From Planctomycetota bacterium (lineage in GTDB: Bacteria; Planctomycetota; GCA-002687715; CAIWVZ01), in the NCBI GenBank assembly GCA_044222185.1, contig JBGANV010000004.1:448001-512000 (forward strand): a DNA stretch of 64,000 bases. Reading direction: 5' to 3'. How positions within the stretch are numbered: position 1 is the first letter of the stretch; each line of letters begins with the position of its first letter. Positions 1-10,833 of the stretch are shown here, one piece after another. The position numbers were made by a program, and so were the translations under genes. The notes beneath the pieces are model-generated. The model was not told the origin of the DNA, made no database searches, and worked only from the letters and a program-made list of their open reading frames with translations.

Positions 1-1
1 C

Positions 2-682
2 GGGGTCATGGGTGACGTGGCGGCGGACGCCTCCATCGGCGCCGTCGTGATCACGGGAGGCCCCACGGAGAAACGCCCCTCGTTCGTCGCGGGGGCGGAC
101 ATCGCCGAGCTCGCCGAGATGGGCATGCTGTCGGCACGGGATCACGCGATCCTCGGGCAGTCGGCGTTCCAGGCGGTGGAGGCTTCGCCGGTGCCGGTGA
201 TCGCGGCCATCAACGGGTTCGCGCTCGGCGGTGGTCTCGAACTCGCCATGTCGTGTCACATCCGATACGCCGCGAACGTGGCGACGATGGGTCAGCCGGA
301 GATCAACCTGGGGATCATCCCCGGGTTCGCCGGCACGCAGCGCCTGCCGCGGCTCGTGGGCCAGGGCGTGGCACTCGAGCTGCTGCTCTCGGGCGATGCG
401 ATCAACGCCGAGACGGCGCTTCGCATCGGCCTCGTCAACAAGGTCTGCGAGCCCACCGAGCTGATGGCCGCCGTGATGGAGCTGGCGAAGAAGCTCGCGT
501 CGAAGGCGCCCATCGCCCGCAAGCTCATCCTCGACGCGGTGATTCGCGGGATGTCCATGCCGTTCCTCGCGGCGCAATCACTGGAGGCCGACCTCTTCGG
601 CGTCGCCGGCGGGACGGAGGACACGAAGGACGGACTGCGTGCGTTCCTCGAGAAGCGTCAGGCGACGTGGAAAGGCAAGTGA
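2..682 (+). CDS. Enoyl-CoA hydratase/crotonase family protein (5' end outside window)
   Basis: FVAGADIAE, AAINGFALGGGLELAMSC and QPEINLGIIPGFAGTQRLPRLVG crotonase motifs; frame is open to the window edge. Confidence 0.93.
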   Translation, partial: GVMGDVAADASIGAVVITGGPTEKRPSFVAGADIAELAEMGMLSARDHAILGQSAFQAVEASPVPVIAAINGFALGGGLELAMSCHIRYAANVATMGQPEINLGIIPGFAGTQRLPRLVGQGVALELLLSGDAINAETALRIGLVNKVCEPTELMAAVMELAKKLASKAPIARKLILDAVIRGMSMPFLAAQSLEADLFGVAGGTEDTKDGLRAFLEKRQATWKGK

Positions 683-683
683 G

Positions 684-1889
684 ATGAGCCGAAACGAGAT
701 CATCATCGCCGGCGGCAAGCGCACGGCGATGGCCGAGTATTGCGGGACGCCCGGCTTCGGGTTGTTCAAGGACGTGTCGGCGACCGAACTCGGCGCCCAC
801 GCGATCCGCGGCGCCCTCGAGGACGCGGGCGTGAAGCCCGACCAGGTCGAGCACGTCGTGATGGGCAACGCCATGCAGACGGCGGTGGACGCGCACTACG
901 GCGCGCGACACTCGGCGCTGAAGGCGGGGATCCCCGTCGAGGTGCCCGCGCTCACCGTCAATCGCATCTGCGGGTCGGGCATTCAGAGCGTGGTGAACGC
1001 CGCGCAGATGCTGCTCCTCGACGAAGCGAGCGTCACCGTTGCCGGCGGCATGGAAAACATGAGCCAGGCGCCGTTCTGCCTCTACGGCAACGAGATGCGC
1101 GTCGGCATCCGATTCGGTTCGCAGCCCAAGCTCACGGACTACCTGTTCCAGGGGCTTCACGACACGTTCTGCAACAGCTTCATGGCGCAGACGGCGGAGA
1201 AGGCGGCGCGTGAAGTGGGCGTCTCACGCGCCGAGGGCGACGAGTACGCGTTCCGCAGCCACCAGCTCGGCTCGAAGGCGGCTGCCGCGGGTCGCTTCGA
1301 TCGCGAGATCGTGGCCGTCAAGGTGAAGCAGGGGCGCAAGGAAGTCGCCGTCACGCGGGACGACCACATCAAGCCGGAGACGACGCTGGAAGCGCTCGCG
1401 GGGCTCCGGCCGGCGTTCGGCGACGACGGACTCGTCACGGCCGGCAACGCGTCCGGGATCGTCGACGGCGCGGCCGCCCTCGTCGTGACGACCGCCGCCA
1501 AGGCTTCGGCGCTGGGGTTGAAGACGCGGGCTCGCATCACCGCGTGGCACATCGCCGGGATCCGTCCCGACATCATGGCCCTGGGCCCGGTCCCCGCCAT
1601 CGAAGGCCTGTTCAAGAAGACGGGACTGTCGGCCAAGGACGTCGACCTCTTCGAGATCAACGAAGCGTTCGCGCCCCAGGTCGTCGCCTGCGAGAAGGCG
1701 CTGAAGCTCGACCGCAGCCGCTTGAACGTCAACGGCGGCGCCGTGGCGCTGGGGCATCCGCTGGGTGCATCCGGCACGCGGCTCCTGATCACGCTCATGC
1801 ACGAGATGGAGATCCGCGGCGTCAAGCGCGGGATCGCGTCGGCGTGCATCGGCGGCGGTCAGGGCATCGCCATGATGATCGAGCGCTGA
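684..1889 (+). CDS. Acetyl-CoA C-acyltransferase (thiolase)
   Basis: NRICGSG catalytic Cys, EINEAFA, GHPLGASG and SACIGGGQG motifs; ATG 1 nt after the crotonase stop. Confidence 0.95.
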   Translation: MSRNEIIIAGGKRTAMAEYCGTPGFGLFKDVSATELGAHAIRGALEDAGVKPDQVEHVVMGNAMQTAVDAHYGARHSALKAGIPVEVPALTVNRICGSGIQSVVNAAQMLLLDEASVTVAGGMENMSQAPFCLYGNEMRVGIRFGSQPKLTDYLFQGLHDTFCNSFMAQTAEKAAREVGVSRAEGDEYAFRSHQLGSKAAAAGRFDREIVAVKVKQGRKEVAVTRDDHIKPETTLEALAGLRPAFGDDGLVTAGNASGIVDGAAALVVTTAAKASALGLKTRARITAWHIAGIRPDIMALGPVPAIEGLFKKTGLSAKDVDLFEINEAFAPQVVACEKALKLDRSRLNVNGGAVALGHPLGASGTRLLITLMHEMEIRGVKRGIASACIGGGQGIAMMIER

Positions 1890-1943
1890 ACCGCTGGCGC
1901 CGCACGATCGTGCGGCGCCGCCCTCACCAAACTGGATCCATTT

Positions 1944-3944
<2,001 letters not shown>

Positions 3945-4177
3945 CCGGCGGTCGAACGCGGCCGTCGGGGCCGGTGCACGCCGTCCACATCGCCGATCGC
4001 ACTCGGAGGTCGCGTTTTCCTCCTCCAAGAGCATGAGGCCCGCTCATGCGCACGCGGCGTCGTCAAGATGCCGCGGCTGGCACGTCGACAGTCTCAGGTG
4101 GGACCGGCACGGTAGACGCCGCGCCGGGTTGGAGCGGAACTCGCTCGAACCGGAAGTCCCGTGGAGGCGGAGGGATC

Positions 4178-4834
4178 ATGTCGACGACTCAGGCGGTCGG
4201 CGCTGGCGAGATGGCGAACGTGCGTGCGCGGACCAACCCGCTCACGACACGCAAGGTGCGCATGGCCCCGAGCTTCTTCCGACGTCGTCGTTTCATCGTG
4301 GACTGGCGGTTCCAGCTCGGGCTGGCGGGCGTGATGATGTCGCTCGTCGGGCTCTTCGGTCTCCTGGTCGGGCTCGCGCTCTTCCTTCCGCCCGCGCTCG
4401 AGTATCTCGCCGTGAGTGAGAACCCGGCCATGGCGGCTCAGGCGGCCGAGCGTGTGCTGTACTTCGATGCGGCGTTCTGGCCGGCAGTGTTGTTAGGCGC
4501 AGCGACCGTCTTCGTGATGGTCATCCGGACGTCGCATCGGATCGCCGGACCCCTCTACCGGATGAAGAAGGTGATCGGCGAAGTGTCGGCGGGCTTCGTT
4601 CCCCCGCAATTCAAGCTGCGCTCGGGCGATTATCTCCAGGACGAAGCCGTCTGCGTGAATCGCATGCTGGCGGTACTCCGCGAGCACGCGAGTGATCTCG
4701 CCGAGATGCGCCACGCCATCCAGGACGTACGCGACCGGCTCGACGCGCGTGAGGATGACCCGGTCGCGAAGGACGCTTCGAAGGTGCTGGCGAAGGCCTC
4801 CGAGAAGCTCACTCTCTTCATGGTGCGGTCATGA
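4178..4834 (+). CDS. Two-TM membrane protein with HAMP-like SHRIAGP segment
   Basis: Two hydrophobic helices followed by SHRIAGPLYRM...LRSGDYLQ; GGAGG upstream; stop overlaps next ATG (ATGA). Confidence 0.7.
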   Translation: MSTTQAVGAGEMANVRARTNPLTTRKVRMAPSFFRRRRFIVDWRFQLGLAGVMMSLVGLFGLLVGLALFLPPALEYLAVSENPAMAAQAAERVLYFDAAFWPAVLLGAATVFVMVIRTSHRIAGPLYRMKKVIGEVSAGFVPPQFKLRSGDYLQDEAVCVNRMLAVLREHASDLAEMRHAIQDVRDRLDAREDDPVAKDASKVLAKASEKLTLFMVRS

Positions 4835-5604
4835 GCGGGCGTGCTTCCGCATCGCACCGGGCCGGTCAACGAGGGTTGACCCTGGTGGAGATCATCATCG
4901 TGATTTCCATCGTCGGCGTCGTGATCGGCATGGCGATCCCCACCTACACCAAGATCGTCGGCAGCTCGTCGAAGACGAAGGGCGTCAACGACATGACGAC
5001 GATCATGACGGCCATCGACACGTACAAGAAGGAGCACGGCTATCTGCCGCGTTCACTCGTGGAGCTGGGACTGGATCATCTACGCGATCCATGGGGACGA
5101 CCCTACGTGTACGTGCCGCTGTCGGAGACTGCGCCGATCGGCGGACCGAACGCGAATGCAGACGGCAACGACGGCGAAAACGGGAACGCGGGCGAAGCCG
5201 GCAGCGAGAGCACCAACGCGGCCGAGAGTGGGAACGCACACGGCAGCGGCGGAAGCAGTGGCTACGGAAGCGTGAACTCGAACACGATCAGCAGCATCAT
5301 CTCGAATGAAAACGCGAATGCCGGAAGCTCCGGATCCACGAACGCCAGCACAAGCTACGCTGCGTCGAGCGAACCCAGGGCCGAGCGTGGCGGCCCGTCA
5401 CCAGCGAACGGCGGCCCCATGCCGACGATCAACATCGGGAGGGCACGGAAGGACCACAACCTCGTCCCGATCAACGGCGACTACGACCTGTACAGCGTCG
5501 GTGCGGACGGAAAGAGCGCTCCCGCGCTCACCGCAGAGGTGAGTCAGGACGACCTCGTCCGCGCCAACAACGGCGCGTTCGTCGGGTTCGCGCGAGACTA
5601 CTGA
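4831..5604 (+). CDS. Prepilin-type (GspG-like) pseudopilin with a low-complexity insert
   Basis: QRG|LTLVEIIIV class III signal with E5; DPWGRPY and YDLYSVGADG...DD GspG-like motifs. Confidence 0.85.
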   Translation: MSGRASASHRAGQRGLTLVEIIIVISIVGVVIGMAIPTYTKIVGSSSKTKGVNDMTTIMTAIDTYKKEHGYLPRSLVELGLDHLRDPWGRPYVYVPLSETAPIGGPNANADGNDGENGNAGEAGSESTNAAESGNAHGSGGSSGYGSVNSNTISSIISNENANAGSSGSTNASTSYAASSEPRAERGGPSPANGGPMPTINIGRARKDHNLVPINGDYDLYSVGADGKSAPALTAEVSQDDLVRANNGAFVGFARDY

Positions 5605-5634
5605 GCGGGACGCACGGGAGTCTCCGGCACGACC

Positions 5635-8262
5635 ATGCTTCGCATCCCAAGGCTGATCTCGGAACAATTCGTGCGCAGCCGGCTCGCCCGGCGGGTCTTC
5701 GGTCTCGTCGTCGCCTGCGCGCTCGTTCCGCTCGCCCTGTTCGCCGTCGTGACGCAGTTGCAGGTGGGCGACGAGATCCGGGCACGTGCCGAGGCGCTCG
5801 TCCGGCACGAAGCCAAGATGTCCGGCGTCATCTTCTACGAGCGCTTGATCGTCCTCCTCTCCGACATGCGGACGCTCGCCAGCGATCTGAGGACGCGCGG
5901 CGGCGTCGACGCGGCCAGTCTCTCGCAGGAGTTGAGCGAGCTGTGGCGCGCGCGCGTCACATCGCTCGGGGTTGGGAGTTCGGACGGGTACTCCCGCGCA
6001 TTCATCGGAGCCAGGTTCTCGTTGCCGGAGTTCGACGCCGCGCAGCGCCAGCATCTGGCCCGCGGACCCGAGTTGCTCGTGTTGCGACCGGGGAACGTGA
6101 CGAATCCCCTCCAGCTCGTGATGACCTTCGACGATGCAAGGAGGGGCCGGTGCTACCTCGTCGCGGAGCCGAGCCCCGCATTCATCTGGAACCCGGACGG
6201 ATGGTTCACGCCGGACAGCGCGGTCGCCGTCATGTCGCCGTCTGGCGCCGGGCTGTTCACCTCGGTCGACGACCCGCCGCCGACGACCGTGATGGCGCAG
6301 GCGATCGAGAAGGATCCGTCCCAGGGAGCGCTGGCGTTCGGGGACGGTGACCGCGCCGAAGTCGGTGCCTACCGGACGTTGTTCCTCGAGCCCCACCTCG
6401 GGACGAATCTCCTCATCGTCCAGCATCGGCCAGTGCGTGACATCGAGGCGCCACTGTCGTCGTTCCGCTTCTGGTTCATCCAGGTAGCGACGCTGGCACT
6501 GCTCGGTGTCGCATTCGCGAGTTCCAAGATGATCCGCAGGATCCTCGCGCCGGTCGATCAGCTGCTCGCCGCGACGCAGCGAGTGGCACAGAAGGACTTC
6601 GAGTCCCGCGTGGCGATCACGTCACGGGACGAGCTCGGCGACCTGGGTCGGTCGTTCAACGAGATGACGGCGTCGCTCGCGCGCCATGAGAACGTCATGA
6701 CGGCGGTCAACGACATCGGCAGCACGCTCGGACGCACGCGCGACCCGGCGTCGATGATCGAGCAGATCGTCGGTGCCGGCGCGACGCTGTTCAACGCTGA
6801 TGGTGCCGCGGTCTACCTCAATGGAAGCGACGGGGTGCTCGGCCTTGCGCGCATGCGCATCGCGTCCCTCGACCTCACCATCGCCGGCAACTCGCCGGAG
6901 GCCGAGCGTCTCGAAACGGGCGCGTGTTCGCGCGTGCTTCACTCGATCGTCAGCGTCGAAGACGTGTACCGCCAGGATCCAGTGGCGTTCGAGCCGCAGC
7001 GCAAGCTCGACGAGGTCCTCGGCTACCACACGCGTTCGTTGCTCAACGTGCCCATGCGGGATCACGAAGGCGAACTGATCGGCGTCCTCCGCCTGTTCAA
7101 CGCCCGGAACCCCGAGACCGGCGAGGTCGTCACGTTCTCCGGGGAGGCCCTCCAACTCGCGGAGTCGCTCGCGGCACAGGCGGCCATCGCCGTGACGAAC
7201 AACAAGCTCGTCGCGGAGTTCAAGAACCTGTTCGACTCGCTGATTCAACTGCTCGCGGTCGCCATCGACGAGAAGTCGCCCTACACGGGCGGACACTGCA
7301 GGCGCGTTCCCGAAATCACCATGCTGATCGCGGATGCCGTCAGCCGTACGGCCACCGGCCCGTTTCGCGAGGTGTCGTTCTCGCCCGACGAGCTGTACGA
7401 GCTCAAGGTGGCCGCGCTGCTTCACGACTGCGGCAAGGTCGCGACCCCCGTCCACGTCGTCGACAAGGCGACTAAGCTCGAGACGATTCACGACCGGATC
7501 GAACTCGTGGACACGCGCTTCGAGGTCGTGCGGCGGGATCTCGAGCTTCGCGCCCTGGGCGAGGTGCGGCGGGAGTCCAGAAGCGGCGAGTCGGGCCGTG
7601 CCCCGAGCGCGCGACACGAGGAGGCCATCCGTCAGCTCGAGAGCGACCGCGCGTTCCTCCGCAAGGCGAACATCGGTTCGGAGTTCATGACGGCCGAGCA
7701 TCGGGAACGCGTTCGCGACATCTCACGCCGCTATCGGTGGCGCAACGTCGCGGGCGAGGAGGTCGATTTCCTCACGGCGGACGAGATCGAGAACCTCACC
7801 ATCCCCAAGGGCACGCTCAACCAGACGGAACGCGAGATCATCAATCTCCACGTCACGTCGACGATCCGCATGCTCCAGGCGCTGCCCTACCCGCGTGCGC
7901 TGCGGCGCGTGCCCGAGATCGCGGGCGCGCACCACGAGCGCATGGACGGCAAGGGGTATCCGCACGGATTGCGGCGCGACGACATCTCCCTTCAAGGCCG
8001 GATTCTCGGCCTCGCCGACATCTTCGAGGCGCTGACGGCCAAGGATCGCCCCTACAAGCCGGGCAAGAAGCTCAGCGAAGTCATGACGATCATGGGGCAC
8101 ATGGCGAACGAGGGGCACGTCGATCGGGACCTGTTCCGCCTGTTCGTCGAACAGCGCGTCTACCTGGATTACGCGCGGAGCATGCTCGATCCCGAGCAGG
8201 TCGACGCCGTGGACGTCGCGCGGATACCGAGCCTCGAGCAGCCCGAGTTCGCGTTCTCCTGA
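5635..8262 (+). CDS. Membrane-bound HAMP-GAF-HD-GYP cyclic-dinucleotide phosphodiesterase
   Basis: 2 TMs, HAMP (DELGDLGRSFNEM), GAF (YHTRSLLNVPM..IGVL), YTGGHC, LHDCGK, HHERMDGKGYP, ADIFEALT..RPYK. Confidence 0.92.
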   Translation: MLRIPRLISEQFVRSRLARRVFGLVVACALVPLALFAVVTQLQVGDEIRARAEALVRHEAKMSGVIFYERLIVLLSDMRTLASDLRTRGGVDAASLSQELSELWRARVTSLGVGSSDGYSRAFIGARFSLPEFDAAQRQHLARGPELLVLRPGNVTNPLQLVMTFDDARRGRCYLVAEPSPAFIWNPDGWFTPDSAVAVMSPSGAGLFTSVDDPPPTTVMAQAIEKDPSQGALAFGDGDRAEVGAYRTLFLEPHLGTNLLIVQHRPVRDIEAPLSSFRFWFIQVATLALLGVAFASSKMIRRILAPVDQLLAATQRVAQKDFESRVAITSRDELGDLGRSFNEMTASLARHENVMTAVNDIGSTLGRTRDPASMIEQIVGAGATLFNADGAAVYLNGSDGVLGLARMRIASLDLTIAGNSPEAERLETGACSRVLHSIVSVEDVYRQDPVAFEPQRKLDEVLGYHTRSLLNVPMRDHEGELIGVLRLFNARNPETGEVVTFSGEALQLAESLAAQAAIAVTNNKLVAEFKNLFDSLIQLLAVAIDEKSPYTGGHCRRVPEITMLIADAVSRTATGPFREVSFSPDELYELKVAALLHDCGKVATPVHVVDKATKLETIHDRIELVDTRFEVVRRDLELRALGEVRRESRSGESGRAPSARHEEAIRQLESDRAFLRKANIGSEFMTAEHRERVRDISRRYRWRNVAGEEVDFLTADEIENLTIPKGTLNQTEREIINLHVTSTIRMLQALPYPRALRRVPEIAGAHHERMDGKGYPHGLRRDDISLQGRILGLADIFEALTAKDRPYKPGKKLSEVMTIMGHMANEGHVDRDLFRLFVEQRVYLDYARSMLDPEQVDAVDVARIPSLEQPEFAFS

Positions 8263-8383
8263 GTCCTCGCTGGAGCGCGCTCTCACCGCTGGCCGCGCTG
8301 GCGCTGAATGCGGATTGAAGGCGCCCGCGCCGATGCCAGAATCGCCGGCCTGCAGAAGCCAAGTGCGCGACGACGGGGAGACC

Positions 8384-8575
8384 ATGGAGGTTCGATTCGA
8401 TTGCGTGTTCGAGGGGAAGAGGATCTTCCAGGTCGTCCATTCCCAGAGTGACGCGGCGCTGTTCACCGGTACCGCAGCGCAGTGCAAGCGATTCCTCGAG
8501 ATCCATCACGAGAAGGCTGATCGGGCGAGCGGGGTGAGGCGACCCGGGACATCCGATCTCTCGACGGAAGGTTGA
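8384..8575 (+). CDS. Small hypothetical protein (63 aa)
   Basis: GGGGAG RBS before ATG; globular-looking sequence MEVRFDCVFEGKRIFQVVH... Confidence 0.5.
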   Translation: MEVRFDCVFEGKRIFQVVHSQSDAALFTGTAAQCKRFLEIHHEKADRASGVRRPGTSDLSTEG

Positions 8576-8841
8576 CGAGGCAGTGCGGCGGTGCGGGCTC
8601 CGGCTGGGGCGCGCCCTCCGACAAAAGAGCCGGCGAAGTTTGTTGCGCCGCCGAAGCGGCCACTGTAGTCTCGCGCCCCGTTGCTCCGGCCCGCCGCGGG
8701 CCGCTGCGTTTGAAGAGGGATGGACCTGGGGTTCGCATCGCCGCGTTGTGGCGACCGAAATGGCGTGGCATCGCTACGTGCGGGTTTCTCGTACGGACTG
8801 GCCAAACCAGGGCTTGTCGCATTCAACCGGAGTCGATGGGA

Positions 8842-10833
8842 ATGGCTCAGCCCGTTGCGCGCCGTGCGTTCGATCGCGTGCTGGTGATCATGTTCGAGAA
8901 CCAGTATCGCGGCTACGTCCTCGCCAATGCCTACATGCGCCAGTTGGCGAAGCGCGGGATCCAGCTCGGCAACTCGTTCGGGGTGATGCACCCCTCGCAG
9001 ACGAACTACATCGCGTCGATCGCGGGCGCGCTCTGCAACGTGACGAACGACGAAGTCCCGAAGCTGCTCACGGAGAAGACGCTTGCGGACCTCGTGCACG
9101 AGGCTCCGGGACGCCTAAGGTGGAAGGCCTACATGGACAGCTACGTCCCGGAGGCCACGCCCTGGACGCCGACCTTCACGCCGCGCGACGCACCTCCGTA
9201 CTACGTCAAGCACAACCCGTTTGCCTCGTTCGCGTCGGTCGTGCGCAACGAGGCGATGTGGCGATGCATCGACAACGAAGCCGGGTTCTTCGCCGACGTG
9301 CTGAACGGAACGCTGCCCGAGTTCTCCTGGTTCTCGCCGAACATCTGGAACGATGGCCACTGGCTCGACGGCACCACCGAAGAGTCCGTCCCTCGGGCGC
9401 CGGCCCTCGTCGACCAGGCCGCTCGGTGGCTCGAACGGTTCTTCAACCGGCTGCGGTTTCCCGGCGCCGACTCCCACCTTCCACCGGGGACCCTCGTCGT
9501 CGTGACGTTCGACGAGGCCGATTTCGAGGCCGACGATCTCCCAGAGCAGGCGTCGGCCTACGACGGCCCGAATCAGATCTACACCGTGCTGCTCGGTGAT
9601 CGCATCCGCCCCGGTTTCGAAGAGGAGGGCTTCAATCACTACAGCATGCTTCGGACGATCGAGATCAACTTCGGTCTGGGGCACCTCGGCCGCAACGACG
9701 CGGGGGCGAACTGGTTTCAGTTCCTCTGGGGGCGCCGTTTTCGATGGGGCCCGAGTCGGGAAACCCCGATCCACGGCGGTGGTGGTGTCTGCGCCGCAGG
9801 GCTCGGAGCGGCGCTCTTCGTCGCTCATGTGGGGGCTGATGGGGTCGTCCGCGTGAGAACGTATGCGGATGGGGCCTGGTCGGCCGCGGAGGACGTCCCG
9901 GTCGATGGGCGCGGTGGCGTCGCCATGGCGAGTACGTTTGAGCAGGTCGTGCTCGTCGCGTGTTCGGCCGGTGGAGCCGTTCATGCGACGACCTGGGATC
10001 CGCAGCATGGTTGGTCTGCACCGTCGGCGCGGCTGGACGGGCGGCGGATCACTGGCGTCGCCGCAGCCTCGTTCGACGGCGAACGGCGGATCATGCTGGC
10101 GATGAAGGACGATGCCGGGGGCATCGAGGCTCGCACGTGGCGGGGAGGGTCCTGGGGCCCGGCGGCCCCTGTCGGAGCCGTGCGATCCGAGGGCGCGATG
10201 ACGCTTGGCGCCTTGGGCGCGTCGCTCTACCTGATCGTCTCCGTCCCCGGCGAGAAGACCCTTCAAGTCGTGTCGTACAACTCGGCGGCGTTCAACGTTG
10301 TCACGGTCGCGAAGAACCCATACGGCGGCCCACAAGACGACACGACGGTCGATGAGTGGTCACCGTGCGCGTTTCCCGTGGCGCACTTCTCTTCGTGGCC
10401 GCAGCGGAACGAGTCGCGCGCGCCAACGACGCGAGCCTATGAAGCGGGCGGTCCTCTGGCGACCGCCACGCTCGACGGCGTCCTGCATCTGGTCCATCCG
10501 GGGGCGGCGAATTCGCTTCTACTCACGGAGACGTTCTCGATCGCCGGTTTGATGACGCCCTCGCAACCGGTCTCCTACAAGAGCCGGAGCGCCGCGAATT
10601 CGAGCAACGGGTTCGGAACCCTGGCCGAGGCCGGCTGGAGCAAGCAGGCAGCCCTGTTCGGGTCGCGGTGCGGGGCACGAGGTGCACTTGCCCTCGGGCG
10701 TGCCGATGGGCAGATCGTCCTCCTCTCGCGGGCCGAGGCTGGTTCCGCGGTGGAAATCCGCGTCGGACGGTACGTCGACGACGCGCAGCCCGAGCGTGTG
10801 TACGACGGGCATCGATCGAAGGAATGCCAATGA
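8842..10833 (+). CDS. Phosphoesterase (acid phosphatase/PLC, SapM-like) with a C-terminal repeat, probably beta-propeller, region
   Basis: VIMFENQ, HPSQTNY, YYVKHNPF, NDGH, VTFDE and FNHYSMLRTIE motifs; C-term ~W-S/G repeats; GGAG RBS. Confidence 0.85.
   Translation: MAQPVARRAFDRVLVIMFENQYRGYVLANAYMRQLAKRGIQLGNSFGVMHPSQTNYIASIAGALCNVTNDEVPKLLTEKTLADLVHEAPGRLRWKAYMDSYVPEATPWTPTFTPRDAPPYYVKHNPFASFASVVRNEAMWRCIDNEAGFFADVLNGTLPEFSWFSPNIWNDGHWLDGTTEESVPRAPALVDQAARWLERFFNRLRFPGADSHLPPGTLVVVTFDEADFEADDLPEQASAYDGPNQIYTVLLGDRIRPGFEEEGFNHYSMLRTIEINFGLGHLGRNDAGANWFQFLWGRRFRWGPSRETPIHGGGGVCAAGLGAALFVAHVGADGVVRVRTYADGAWSAAEDVPVDGRGGVAMASTFEQVVLVACSAGGAVHATTWDPQHGWSAPSARLDGRRITGVAAASFDGERRIMLAMKDDAGGIEARTWRGGSWGPAAPVGAVRSEGAMTLGALGASLYLIVSVPGEKTLQVVSYNSAAFNVVTVAKNPYGGPQDDTTVDEWSPCAFPVAHFSSWPQRNESRAPTTRAYEAGGPLATATLDGVLHLVHPGAANSLLLTETFSIAGLMTPSQPVSYKSRSAANSSNGFGTLAEAGWSKQAALFGSRCGARGALALGRADGQIVLLSRAEAGSAVEIRVGRYVDDAQPERVYDGHRSKECQ

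Noticed and set aside
8761-8820. Sigma-54 promoter upstream of the five-gene locus
   Set aside because: The TGGC...GC candidates have wrong spacing or poor consensus
8572-8841. Long N-terminal extensions given by the ORF track (also at 10668, 24421, 32812, 36519, 44760, 51539)
   Set aside because: Arg/Pro-rich non-coding-like translation; downstream starts with RBS or stop overlap fit the domain boundaries better
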